Below are positions 28,518 to 38,342 of a stretch of DNA of 64,000 nt, one piece after another. Every line of letters begins with the position of its first letter. The first letter of the stretch is position 1. Origin of the DNA: an uncultured Alphaproteobacteria bacterium (GTDB taxonomy: Bacteria; Pseudomonadota; Alphaproteobacteria; Rs-D84); NCBI GenBank assembly GCA_944392565.1, contig CALXWX010000005.1:2208-66207 (forward strand), in the 5' to 3' direction. Position numbers and translations under genes: made by a program. A model generated the notes under the pieces. The model made no database searches, was not told where the DNA came from, and was given only the letters and a program-made list of their open reading frames with translations.

Positions 28518-29078
28518 TTATACAGACATAATATCTGATTCTTTTTGTTTTGCCAATGCGTCAACATCTGCCGCCCGCCGTTCAAAAACTTTTTGCAGAT
28601 CATCTTCATATTTGCGTTGATCGTCTTCGGAAATTTCTTTATCTGCGACGGCGCGTTTAATTTTACCCATCGCATCCTGGCGAATATTACGCATAGATAT
28701 TTTTGCTTCTTCGGCATATTTACCCGCGACCTTGGTTAATTCTTTGCGGCGTTCTTCGGTCAGTGGGGGCATATTTAATCTGATTACGCCACCGGCTGTC
28801 ATCGGATTCAACCCCAGCCCAGAATCACGAATTGCTTTTTCAACCGCGCCGGCATTATTAACATCCCAAACAGTTACGGTTAATGTTTGATTATCTGGTG
28901 TTGCGACGGTTGCAACCTGGTTAATTGGCATATCTGAACCATACACCGGTACGCGAACCCCGTCCAATAAATGTACAGACGCGCGTCCCGTACGCAGACC
29001 GGCATATTCGCCCTTTAATACATCCAGTGTTTGTGCTGTTTTTTGTTCGACTTCTGCTTTCAAGGCTTGATAATCCAT
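28518..29078 (-). CDS. frr: ribosome recycling factor
   Basis: LRTGRAS, LGLNP, PPLTEERRKEL. Confidence 0.96.
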   Translation of the reverse strand: MDYQALKAEVEQKTAQTLDVLKGEYAGLRTGRASVHLLDGVRVPVYGSDMPINQVATVATPDNQTLTVTVWDVNNAGAVEKAIRDSGLGLNPMTAGGVIRLNMPPLTEERRKELTKVAGKYAEEAKISMRNIRQDAMGKIKRAVADKEISEDDQRKYEDDLQKVFERRAADVDALAKQKESDIMSV

Positions 29079-29160
29079 ATAAATCTCCTTCTTGTGTAAA
29101 AAGATTAGCAAATTGATTTGACATTTGGCAAGAAGAAATATAAAATAATCTTCGCACGAC

Positions 29161-29236
29161 GGGGTTGTAGCTCAGTTGGTAGAGCACTTGCATGGCATGC
29201 AAGGGGTCGTCGGTTCGAGTCCGATCAGCTCCACCA
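29161..29236 (+). tRNA. tRNA-Ala(GGC)
   Basis: Cloverleaf, anticodon arm cttgc-atGGCat-gcaag, CCA encoded. Confidence 0.95.
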
Positions 29237-29251
29237 CGAGAAATTTAGTTT

Positions 29252-29329
29252 GGCGGATGTAGCTCAGTTGGTTAGAGCGTTGGTTTGTGGTACCAAATGT
29301 CGCCGGTTCGAATCCGGTCATCCGCCCCA
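29252..29329 (+). tRNA. tRNA-His(GTG)
   Basis: ttggt-ttGTGgt-accaa arm, G-1:C73, CCA encoded. Confidence 0.95.
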
Positions 29330-29888
29330 GAAATAAAAAAGCGCCCAACGGGCGATTTTTTATTTATGCGCAAGGATGCGGATGAGAACCGGCGAGAAAG
29401 CCGTTCGAACCGCCGCAAAAAGGCGAACGGCAGTACGCCGGTTGTGCGACAGCACAATTTTGCCAGGTGGCGTAGCAATCCGGTCATCCGCCCCAGAAAT
29501 AAAAAAGCGCCCAACGGGCGATTTTTTATTTATGCGCAAGGATGCGGATGAGAACCGGAGGTTCGCATACGAGTAAACGAGACAAGCAAAGCGCGGTCGA
29601 GTGCTAACGAGTGGTGAGCGCGCAGTCGCGAACAATACGGAGCAGGGTAATAAAATTACCCTGCGCAGGTACCCGGTCATCCGCCCCAGTTATAAAAATA
29701 CCGGCAAAATGCCGGTATTTTTATAACTATGGACGGGTCGGGTTCGAACCGGCGAGAAAGCCGTTCGAACCGCCGCAAAAAGGCGAACGGCAGTGCGCCG
29801 GTTGTGCGACAGCACAATTTTGCCAGGTGGCGCAGCAATCCGGTCATCCGCCCCAGAAATAAAAAAGCGCCCAACGGGCGATTTTTTA
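29311..29888 (+). repeat. tRNA-His-linked tandem repeats (3' tRNA end plus terminator, 4 copies)
   Basis: ccggtcatccgccccag at about 29314, 29480, 29673 and 29840, each followed by a hairpin terminator. Confidence 0.85.
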
Positions 29889-30602
29889 TTCCAATACCTG
29901 TTTTTGTAATTCTATCAGTTTTTTACACCCCACGGCGCCCATTTCCATTAATTTTAATATTTGTTCTGTATTAAATGGGTGCTGTTCACCGGTTGCCTGG
30001 ATTTCAATAAAACGACCGTCGCCGGCAACAACAAAGTTCGCATCTGTTTCTGCGGCGCAATCTTCATCAAAATCCAGGTCCAGTATTAATTCACCGTTCC
30101 ACAGCCCCGCTGAAATCGCGGCGACATAGTCCTGTACAGGATTTTCATGTATGCGTCCCTGGTTAATTAGCCACCGCACCGCCAATACCAATGCGATATA
30201 TCCCCCAGTAACAGATGCGCATCGCGTTCCGCCATCTGCCTGAATAACATCACAGTCGATTGTTATTGTATGCCGCCCCAGTTTTTCCATATCCACAACA
30301 CTGCGCAATGCGCGTCCAATCAGTCGCGATATTTCTGCACTGCGGTGGTCTTTCATTAATGTTTCGCGCCCCTTGCGCATATCATTTGCCCGGGGCAGCA
30401 TTGAATATTCTGCCGTAACCCATCCGCCTGTTTTATGTTGCAACCGTTTCCACAGTGGTTGATTTAAATCAACAGATGCTGTACATAACACATGTGTTCC
30501 CCCCATCTTAATCAGACATGACCCCTCTGCCCATTTGTTAACACCTGTTTCAATTGATACTGGGCGAATTTGGTCAAATTTTCGCATAGATGGTCGCATC
30601 AT
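29886..30602 (-). CDS. rph: ribonuclease PH
   Basis: AEGSC, GWVTAEYSMLP, EISRLIGRALR, QADGGTRCA. Confidence 0.96.
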   Translation of the reverse strand: MMRPSMRKFDQIRPVSIETGVNKWAEGSCLIKMGGTHVLCTASVDLNQPLWKRLQHKTGGWVTAEYSMLPRANDMRKGRETLMKDHRSAEISRLIGRALRSVVDMEKLGRHTITIDCDVIQADGGTRCASVTGGYIALVLAVRWLINQGRIHENPVQDYVAAISAGLWNGELILDLDFDEDCAAETDANFVVAGDGRFIEIQATGEQHPFNTEQILKLMEMGAVGCKKLIELQKQVLE

Positions 30603-30721
30603 TTTTTATCCTTTTTAAATAATTGTATGCAATACTATATACCAGCATGACCAGATTGCAATTTTTTAAATTTGATTTTTTTAATATATATTGCTATCCT
30701 GCGCCCTGAAAAAGGATTTTT

Positions 30722-31744
30722 ATGTCAGCCAAGGCAAAACGCCTGTTTAAAAAGTTAGTCAGTTATTCAGGTATATTCTTTTTTATATTAGCTGCTGGAA
30801 TGCTGTGGTGGCAATTGCGTGAATACAGTTTTTCTGACATTATTCATGCTATTACGGCGATACCAATTGAAAATCTGATTGCCGCATGTATTGCATGCTT
30901 TGCGGGATATTTAGCATTGTCATTATATGATTACCTAGCATTGCGATACATTGGCGCCCGGGTATCATGGTGGAAATGGATGCTGGCGGGAATGCTGGGG
31001 TTTGCAATCAGTAATAATGCTGGTCATGCGGTGGTCAGTGGTGGTGCAATACGATATCGACTGTATACGCGGTGGCGCATAAATGGCGGCGATATTGTCA
31101 AAATGATAACATTTTCCGGATTTACATTTTTCTTGGGGTGTTCAGCAATATTAATAATTGGATATTTTTTGGTGCCATCCGCATTACTGGACCGGTCTGT
31201 GGGCGCCAGTGTCGGCATTAATACATTATTTATAATATGCAGTGCCGCCGTATTGGCATATTTTGCCGCAACAATATTTTTCCAGCGTAAAAGTATTAAA
31301 ATTGGAAAAATCAAATTTCATGTTCCAACAACAAAAACCGCGTTATTACAAATGGTTCTGGGGGCTGCGGACAGTTTTCTGGCGGGATTGGTTTTATATT
31401 TTTGCCTGTTGCCGTTTGTCCAGATTCCATTCGGTACATATATCGGATTGTTTGTTATTGCCCAAACGACCGGCGTTTTCAGCCAGGTTCCCGGCGGCAT
31501 CGGTGTTTTTGAAAGCATATTCTTGCTGGCATTGCCTGATACTGTGGACAAGGCTGATATTTTCGGCGCATTATTGGCATATCGGGTAATATACTATGTA
31601 TTGCCATTGATTGGTGTTGGTGGATTGTTCTTTATATATGAAAATTGGCTGCGTTCGCGAATGAAACGGTGGCTGGCCGATGCCAAGGAAAAAATTCCCC
31701 ATATTCCAGAAAAAATAAAAAATATTCACCGGCGGAAAAAATAA
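30722..31744 (+). CDS. LPG-synthase TM (MprF flippase-like, UPF0104) membrane protein
   Basis: YDYLALRY, SGGAIRYRLY, VPGGIGVFE, LLAYRVIYYVLP. Confidence 0.85.
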   Translation: MSAKAKRLFKKLVSYSGIFFFILAAGMLWWQLREYSFSDIIHAITAIPIENLIAACIACFAGYLALSLYDYLALRYIGARVSWWKWMLAGMLGFAISNNAGHAVVSGGAIRYRLYTRWRINGGDIVKMITFSGFTFFLGCSAILIIGYFLVPSALLDRSVGASVGINTLFIICSAAVLAYFAATIFFQRKSIKIGKIKFHVPTTKTALLQMVLGAADSFLAGLVLYFCLLPFVQIPFGTYIGLFVIAQTTGVFSQVPGGIGVFESIFLLALPDTVDKADIFGALLAYRVIYYVLPLIGVGGLFFIYENWLRSRMKRWLADAKEKIPHIPEKIKNIHRRKK

Positions 31745-31950
31745 TTACCTTGCTATCGTGTATATTTGCATGCTATGCTGGCAGATGCGTATGACAATGG
31801 GGTTGATATAAGTGTTTATGTTATCACTGGTTTATCTGATTCGCTTTGCGCTGTTTATCATCGTTGCGCATTCTCTTGGCATGGGCATGGACGCCCCACG
31901 GGGACGGGTTGGTGCCATTGCGTACGCGTATAAAACAAAAGGATTACTAA

Positions 31951-33747
31951 ATGTCAAAGAAGATTTATGTGGACGCAGTCCACCCGGAAGAAACCCGGGT
32001 TGTTGTGGTGGATACCGCGACCAACCGCGTTTCTGATTTTGACGTTGAAACAACAACCAAGCCCCAGATAAAAGGGAACATTTATCTGGCAAAGGTTATT
32101 CGCGTCGAACCTTCCTTGCAGGCGGCATTCGTTGATTATGGGGCGGGCAAGAATGGATTTCTGCCGTTTTCTGAAATTCACCCGGATTATTACCAGGTGA
32201 CCCCCGAACAGAAAAAGAAATTATTGGAATTGGCACACGCCAACATCGTTGATGATGACGACGATCCAGATGATGAAACAGATGAAGTCGCCGAATACGA
32301 TGATCACAGTGCCGGTGAAGATAATAAAGAATTCGCCAAACGCGCCCGGGAATTCAAGATTCAAGATGTTATAAAACCAAAACAAATCCTGCTGGTCCAG
32401 GGTGTCAAAGAAGAACGCGGGCAAAAGGGCGCGTCAATGACGACATATCTGTCATTGGCGGGTCGGTTTGCGGTGCTGATGCCGAATTCGCGCAAACGCA
32501 ACAGTTATGGAATATCTAAAAAGATTTCTGATAAAACGGAACGCGCGCGCCTGCGTGAAATATTACATGAATTAAAGATTCCAAAGGGCATGACCGTGGT
32601 TCTGCGTACGGCGGCATTTGGTGCAAATGCGGTTGATATCGCCAAAGATTATGATTACTTGGTGAATTTATGGAACGAAATCCGTAAAACAACACTGGAA
32701 TCAGTTGCACCGGTCACCATTCATACCGAAGATTCACTGTTGCGCCGCGTGGTTCGCGATTTTCTGTCGGACAAAGATGATGTTTTAATCATCCAGGGCG
32801 AAGAAGCATTTGATGCCGCAAAACAGTATTTTGTTCAAATGTATGGTCGCGCACCACGAAAACAGTTGGTACAATATCGTGACCCGGCGGTTCCATTAAT
32901 GGTCAAGGCGGGGGTTGAAAAGCAACTAGAAGGTATGCATGGACCATATGTCCAATTGCCATCGGGTGGATCATTGGTTATTAATCAGACCGAGGCAATG
33001 GTTACAATCGATGTTAATTCATCCCGTGCGATTAAAGAGAAAGACATTGAACAAACCGCGTTAAATACTAACTTAGAGGCCGCCGAAGAAATCGCATTGC
33101 AATTGCGCTTGCGCGATTTGGCGGGGATTATCGCGATTGACTTTATCGATATGGAAGAAGAAAAGAACAATCGTAAACTGGAAATGAAAATGCGTGAAGT
33201 TATGAAACGCGATCGCGCCCGTACCCAGGTGGCAAAAATCAATAACTTTGGTGTATTAATGCTGTCGCGCCAACGCCTGCGCAGCAGTTTTATGGAATCA
33301 TCCTATGTCCAGTGTCCACACTGTATGGGGGCGGGGGTTGTGCCATCAATTCAGACGGCGTCCATTATACTGTTCCGGCATTTGCAAGAAAAACTGTTGG
33401 CAAAAAGCGCCCAGAAAATCATCATGACGGTTCCGACCGATGTGGCGATTTATTTGCTGAACAACAAACGCGCAGAATTGGCGGCAATGGAATCAGAATT
33501 CGAAACAGAAATCGTGATTGTTGGCGATGACAGTCTGATGAACATTGACCAATATTCGATACAGCGTGTTGCACCCGAACAGAATAAAACAGATGATATT
33601 CTGAACGCATACGCACCGTCAACAGACGCCAAAAAGAAAAATGCCCAGCATATGGATGCACGCAAAACGGCAATGAATGCCCCGCGGCGCCGGCGCAAAA
33701 CGGGCGCATCAAAAAAGAAATCAATTTGGCAAAAATTGGTTGGATAA
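31951..33747 (+). CDS. rne: ribonuclease E/G
   Basis: DA.HPEETRV, KGNIYLAKV.RVEPSLQAAF, IDVNS, LRDLAG...IDFIDM, CPHC. Confidence 0.93.
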   Translation: MSKKIYVDAVHPEETRVVVVDTATNRVSDFDVETTTKPQIKGNIYLAKVIRVEPSLQAAFVDYGAGKNGFLPFSEIHPDYYQVTPEQKKKLLELAHANIVDDDDDPDDETDEVAEYDDHSAGEDNKEFAKRAREFKIQDVIKPKQILLVQGVKEERGQKGASMTTYLSLAGRFAVLMPNSRKRNSYGISKKISDKTERARLREILHELKIPKGMTVVLRTAAFGANAVDIAKDYDYLVNLWNEIRKTTLESVAPVTIHTEDSLLRRVVRDFLSDKDDVLIIQGEEAFDAAKQYFVQMYGRAPRKQLVQYRDPAVPLMVKAGVEKQLEGMHGPYVQLPSGGSLVINQTEAMVTIDVNSSRAIKEKDIEQTALNTNLEAAEEIALQLRLRDLAGIIAIDFIDMEEEKNNRKLEMKMREVMKRDRARTQVAKINNFGVLMLSRQRLRSSFMESSYVQCPHCMGAGVVPSIQTASIILFRHLQEKLLAKSAQKIIMTVPTDVAIYLLNNKRAELAAMESEFETEIVIVGDDSLMNIDQYSIQRVAPEQNKTDDILNAYAPSTDAKKKNAQHMDARKTAMNAPRRRRKTGASKKKSIWQKLVG

Positions 33748-33814
33748 AAAATCGCCCATTTGGGCGATTTTTTATGATTGATAAATTTATGCATTTTGAC
33801 TAATTTTATATCAT

Positions 33815-35866
33815 ATGAAACGCGAACTGTTTGAATTTTTAAATACAGACTTGCAGTTTATCAAGGGGGTCGGTCCGGTTCTGGCGGCGCGGTTTGACGA
33901 TGTATTGGGCGGACGGCGCGTATTGGATTTCATGCTGCACACGCCCGCTTATATTCGCGCACGCGGTATCACTGAAAATATTGCCACCGCCATGCCGGGC
34001 GATGTTATAACAATACCATTACTGATAAAATCGCATCGTACGGGTGGGGTATTTCGGGGACATCGCCGTCCGACACAAATTATATGTGCAGATAAAATGG
34101 GCAACAGTGTTGTAATTCAATTTTTTAATGTAAATTTTCTGGATTATTGGTTGAAAAAATTGCCAATTGGCGCGTGGCGCATGGTCAGTGGTAAATTGGA
34201 ACGCGGTGCGCGGGCAACAATAAACCATCCTGATTTTATCGAAGAAATGCAAAATGCGGATAAAATCCCATCGGTCCAGGCAATTTATCCCGCTGGCGAA
34301 GGGTTAACCCAGAAAACATTTGCCAATGTTCGCGATCAGATTTTTGCATTGTTGCCAGATAAATTACACGGCGAAAATGACGATATATGCGAATTTTTTG
34401 ACGCATTACGCCATGTCCATTTTCCTGAATCAAATGATGATTTAAATCCTAATTCGCCATATATGGTAAAGTTGGCATATTGGGAATTATTGGCACACCA
34501 GTCTGCAATTGTTATCAGTCGCCGTAATCGTACCAATGTGCAAAATCGTCGTACAGTGCGCCCCAAAAAATATGATTTAATGGATAAATTTTATAAATGC
34601 CTGCCTTTTTCAATGACAGGCGCCCAGACGCGTGCATTAAATGATATTTTTTCAGACATGGCGCGTGATATTCCAATGATGCGCCTGGTCCAGGGTGATG
34701 TTGGCAGTGGTAAAACAATCGTCGCATTGGCATCTGCGGTAAAGATGGCGGAAACCGGCGCCCAGACGGCATTACTGGCGCCCACAGATACACTGGCGCA
34801 ACAGCATTATGCAAAGATAAAGCCAATGTGCGACAACATCGGCATTGTGTGCGATATTTTAACTGGTCGGGACAAGGGCGCCCCGCGCCGTGAGAAATTA
34901 ATATCATTGCGGTCTGGGCGAACAAAAATTGTTGTTGGCACACATGCATTATTTTCTGATGATGTTGAATACAAAGATTTGGGATTGGTTATTATTGATG
35001 AACAACATCGATTTGGCGTATCCCAACGCGAAGCATTACGGACCAAGGGCGCAAACCCAGACATGTTGGCATTATCTGCGACACCAATTCCGCGTACATT
35101 ATCAATGACGATATATGGTGATATGGATGTTTCGATTATAAATGAAAAGCCTGCGGGGCGCCTGCCAATCAAGACAACAAAATTACCAATCGCGCGTGTT
35201 GGCGAATTAATTGAACGATTAAAATTGCAAATCGATGCGGGGGCAAAGGTATTTTGGGTATGCCCATTGGTTGCTGAATCTGATGTATCTGATTTAACCG
35301 CGGTAAATGCCCGGTATGATGAATTAAAGAAATATTTCCCACACGCCGGATTGGTACACGGTCAAATGGATAAAAAGCAACGCGATGCGGTCATGGCGGA
35401 ATTTGCCGATGATAATTCCGGCATGCAAATTATGGTTGCCACCACCGTCATAGAGGTTGGCATTGATGTCCCCCGCGCAACAATAATTGTAATTGAAAAC
35501 GCGGAACGATTTGGATTGGCGGCATTACACCAATTGCGCGGTCGTGTTGGACGCGGCAATTTGCAATCTTATTGTATATTATTATATGGTCGAAATATCA
35601 GTGAAGATGGATTAAAACGCTTGGATGTTTTAACCGAAACAGACGATGGTTTCGCCATCGCCGAACAAGATTTAATTATGCGTGGTACCGGTGAATTATT
35701 GGGAACACGGCAAAGTGGTTGGATAAATTATCATTTTGTTGATTATGCGCGTCATCGGGATTTATTCAAATTGGCATCCACTGCGGCGCGTGATATGGTG
35801 GAACCATCACAGACTGTGCGTGATTTAATGTTTATATTTGACCGCGGGGTTGGAATCAGTGCGTAA
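33815..35866 (+). CDS. recG: ATP-dependent DNA helicase RecG
   Basis: QGDVGSGKT, DEQHRFG, SATPIPR, QLRGRVGRG. Confidence 0.96.
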   Translation: MKRELFEFLNTDLQFIKGVGPVLAARFDDVLGGRRVLDFMLHTPAYIRARGITENIATAMPGDVITIPLLIKSHRTGGVFRGHRRPTQIICADKMGNSVVIQFFNVNFLDYWLKKLPIGAWRMVSGKLERGARATINHPDFIEEMQNADKIPSVQAIYPAGEGLTQKTFANVRDQIFALLPDKLHGENDDICEFFDALRHVHFPESNDDLNPNSPYMVKLAYWELLAHQSAIVISRRNRTNVQNRRTVRPKKYDLMDKFYKCLPFSMTGAQTRALNDIFSDMARDIPMMRLVQGDVGSGKTIVALASAVKMAETGAQTALLAPTDTLAQQHYAKIKPMCDNIGIVCDILTGRDKGAPRREKLISLRSGRTKIVVGTHALFSDDVEYKDLGLVIIDEQHRFGVSQREALRTKGANPDMLALSATPIPRTLSMTIYGDMDVSIINEKPAGRLPIKTTKLPIARVGELIERLKLQIDAGAKVFWVCPLVAESDVSDLTAVNARYDELKKYFPHAGLVHGQMDKKQRDAVMAEFADDNSGMQIMVATTVIEVGIDVPRATIIVIENAERFGLAALHQLRGRVGRGNLQSYCILLYGRNISEDGLKRLDVLTETDDGFAIAEQDLIMRGTGELLGTRQSGWINYHFVDYARHRDLFKLASTAARDMVEPSQTVRDLMFIFDRGVGISA

Positions 35867-37151
35867 AATATTTTTATTTTTAATCTGCATATTTTTTACT
35901 GTACCCGCACATGCGGCATCATTGATTAATGATACTGAAACCGAAGAATTATTAACAGAAATTGTTGCACCATTGGCATCGGCGGCGAATATCCCAGATG
36001 GTCGTCTGCGCGTGCATATAATTAACAGTGATGATTTTAACGCATTCGTTATGGGCGGCGAAGATGTTTATATTTACACCGGATTATTAACGCAAATAAA
36101 AAATCCATCGGCATTACAGGCGGTAATTGCACACGAATTGGGACATACATTGGGCGGACATATGACACAGATGTCGGCGCGTGTCAGTGCTGAAATGACC
36201 CGTACAATGTTGATTCAGGCATTGGGAATCGGTCTAATGGTCGCGGGTGGCGATCCATCACTGGGGGCGGGGGTCTTGGCGGGTTCTGGTGGCATTGCCC
36301 AGCAATCTATGTTGGCATTCACCCGGGACGAAGAACGCATTGCCGATGATATGGGTGTGCAATTAATGATAGATGCAAATTTAGATCCAAATGGATTTAT
36401 TGATGTCTTTCGACAGATGGAAAATATGACTGGCGTTTTGGAATCGCGCATAAACCCGAACAGAATAAATCACCCATTAACCGCGGAACGATTAAAAAAT
36501 GTTCGTGATAAAATTGATAAATTGGATTCTGATTACAAACCAACCAATGCCCCAACCGATGCACAAAACGCGCGTTTTGAATTAATGCGTGCAAAGTTAA
36601 TTGGATATCTGGACAGTGCGGATAATGTTGCAACAAAATATCCAAATTCTGATACAACGGATGCGGCACTATATGCGCGTGCAATTGCCCGGATGCAGGT
36701 TGGTAATCTGGATGGTGCGCGCGTTGGTACAATGACATTAATATCCCGAAATCCCGATAATCCATATTATTATGAATTATTGGGTGATATCGAATATCAA
36801 TTGGGACATTATGATGACAGTGTTCGTGCATATGAAAAATCATTAAGTCTGACAGATTCCGCCCCCCAGATTGAAACCGCATTGGCATTGGTTTTGACCG
36901 AACGCCGCAAACCGGGTGATATGGATCGGGCAATTGAATTATGCAAACGGGCAATATTGGCGGCGCCCGCGCCATTAACATATTGGGTACTGGCACGCGC
37001 ATATGATGATGGTCGTGCGGATTGGGCGCGCGCAGAATACTATCAAATGATTGGCGATACAGATAACGCAAAAAATTATGCCCGCCGCGCCCAGAAATCA
37101 TTACCACGCGATGCCCCAGAATATATAAAATCCGGCGATATTTTAAAATAA
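35859..37151 (+). CDS. M48 metalloprotease with TPRs (BepA-like)
   Basis: NAF, AHELGH, E..AD, HP....R; TPR C-terminus. Confidence 0.88.
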   Translation: MRKIFLFLICIFFTVPAHAASLINDTETEELLTEIVAPLASAANIPDGRLRVHIINSDDFNAFVMGGEDVYIYTGLLTQIKNPSALQAVIAHELGHTLGGHMTQMSARVSAEMTRTMLIQALGIGLMVAGGDPSLGAGVLAGSGGIAQQSMLAFTRDEERIADDMGVQLMIDANLDPNGFIDVFRQMENMTGVLESRINPNRINHPLTAERLKNVRDKIDKLDSDYKPTNAPTDAQNARFELMRAKLIGYLDSADNVATKYPNSDTTDAALYARAIARMQVGNLDGARVGTMTLISRNPDNPYYYELLGDIEYQLGHYDDSVRAYEKSLSLTDSAPQIETALALVLTERRKPGDMDRAIELCKRAILAAPAPLTYWVLARAYDDGRADWARAEYYQMIGDTDNAKNYARRAQKSLPRDAPEYIKSGDILK

Positions 37152-37345
37152 TTGAAATTTCTGAATATATATGCCATAATAAATGCGCATTGGCTGATTA
37201 CCAGTGCGGGGTGTCATAACCTCTTCAAACAAAATCTCCACCATTGGTTGGAGGGTCGTGAATATATTGAATAAGCGACACTATCGTTTGAATAGTTATG
37301 AACCTCCAACCGCCCATCATCACGGCGGTGTTTTTTATTAACCAA
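37152..37345 (+). promoter_or_regulatory. promoter plus long-hairpin/terminator leader
   Basis: TTGAAA-N17-CATAAT; ggttggagg/cctccaacc stem overlapping the accgcc/ggcggt terminator. Confidence 0.5.
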
Positions 37346-37370
37346 CAACAAAAAACAGTGGAGGTATAAA

Positions 37371-37619
37371 ATGATACTGGTCGATAATTCATACATTGGA
37401 CACAGAATAAGCAGTGCGCGCAAAACCGCAAAAGTAAGACGAAACGATGCGGCAAGAATGCTGCGTATAACCCCAAAGAAATTATTACGGTATGAAAGTG
37501 GTAAAGAATTAATACCTGAATTTGTACTGGAACGATTGTTTTACAACGCATGGGCAATGATGGCAGTGCGAAACGCGCAATATCGTGAATTGCCCCGCCG
37601 CCCACAGTGGGAAAAATAA
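37371..37619 (+). CDS. XRE-family HTH protein
   Basis: IGHRISSARK...AARMLRIT...LLRYESGK; GGAGG SD. Confidence 0.75.
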   Translation: MILVDNSYIGHRISSARKTAKVRRNDAARMLRITPKKLLRYESGKELIPEFVLERLFYNAWAMMAVRNAQYRELPRRPQWEK

Positions 37620-38285
37620 AGCAGCGCGCCAAGTTCCCCTCTATGGAGGGGTGCCGCGCAGCGGCGGGGTGGTCAGAGAACGCAAGAATGTACTACACAT
37701 CTGTCATTGCGAGCCATCGCAGATGGCGTGGCAATCTCTTTTTTGTTGTTGTGTCGCTCGGGCGCTTATGCGCGGACATATCACATTCACTGGATCGCCA
37801 CGGTCGCAATGCTCCCTCGCGATGACAAAAAGCAGCGCGCCAAGTTCCCCTCCGTTGGAGGGGTGCCGCGCAGCGGCGGGGTGGTCAGAGAATGCAAGAA
37901 TGTATTGCCACGCTGCCACACACCCTCTCTCTTGTCATTGCGAGCCATCGCAGATGGCGTGGCAATCTCTTTTTTATTGTTGTGTCGCTCGGGTGCTTAT
38001 GCGCCCTGTGCGTATCCTCGTATTTGTTCAAACTGCGCTAGCGCTTGTTCTCACATACTCGGATTCATTGCGAGCCATCGCAGATGGCGTGGCAATCTCT
38101 TTTTTATTGTTGTGTCGCTCGGGCGCTTATGCGCGGACATATCACATTCACTGGATCGCCACGGTCGCAATGCTCCCTCGCGATGACAAGGAATGAGCAT
38201 GCTTTTCCCCCTGTCATTGCGAGCCATCGCAGATGGCGTGGCAATCCAGTAAATTATGCCCGCACGCGAATGCGTGCGACTTTAT
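37620..38285. repeat. composite REP/RPE-like mosaic
   Basis: Four copies of tcattgcgagccatcgcagatggcgtggcaatc and two of ttcccctc..ggaggggtgccgcgcagcggcggggtggtc. Confidence 0.85.
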
Positions 38286-38342
38286 TTGCACTCTGAACTT
38301 TGAACTCTGCACTCTGTAAAAAACGGGGCGATGCCCCGTTTT

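Noticed and set aside
29311-29888. CRISPR array
   Set aside because: The repeat is a tRNA 3' end, spacers are about 150 bp and partly identical, and there are no cas genes.
37585-38296. ORFs of 203, 159 and 83 aa
   Set aside because: Translations of palindromic repeats.
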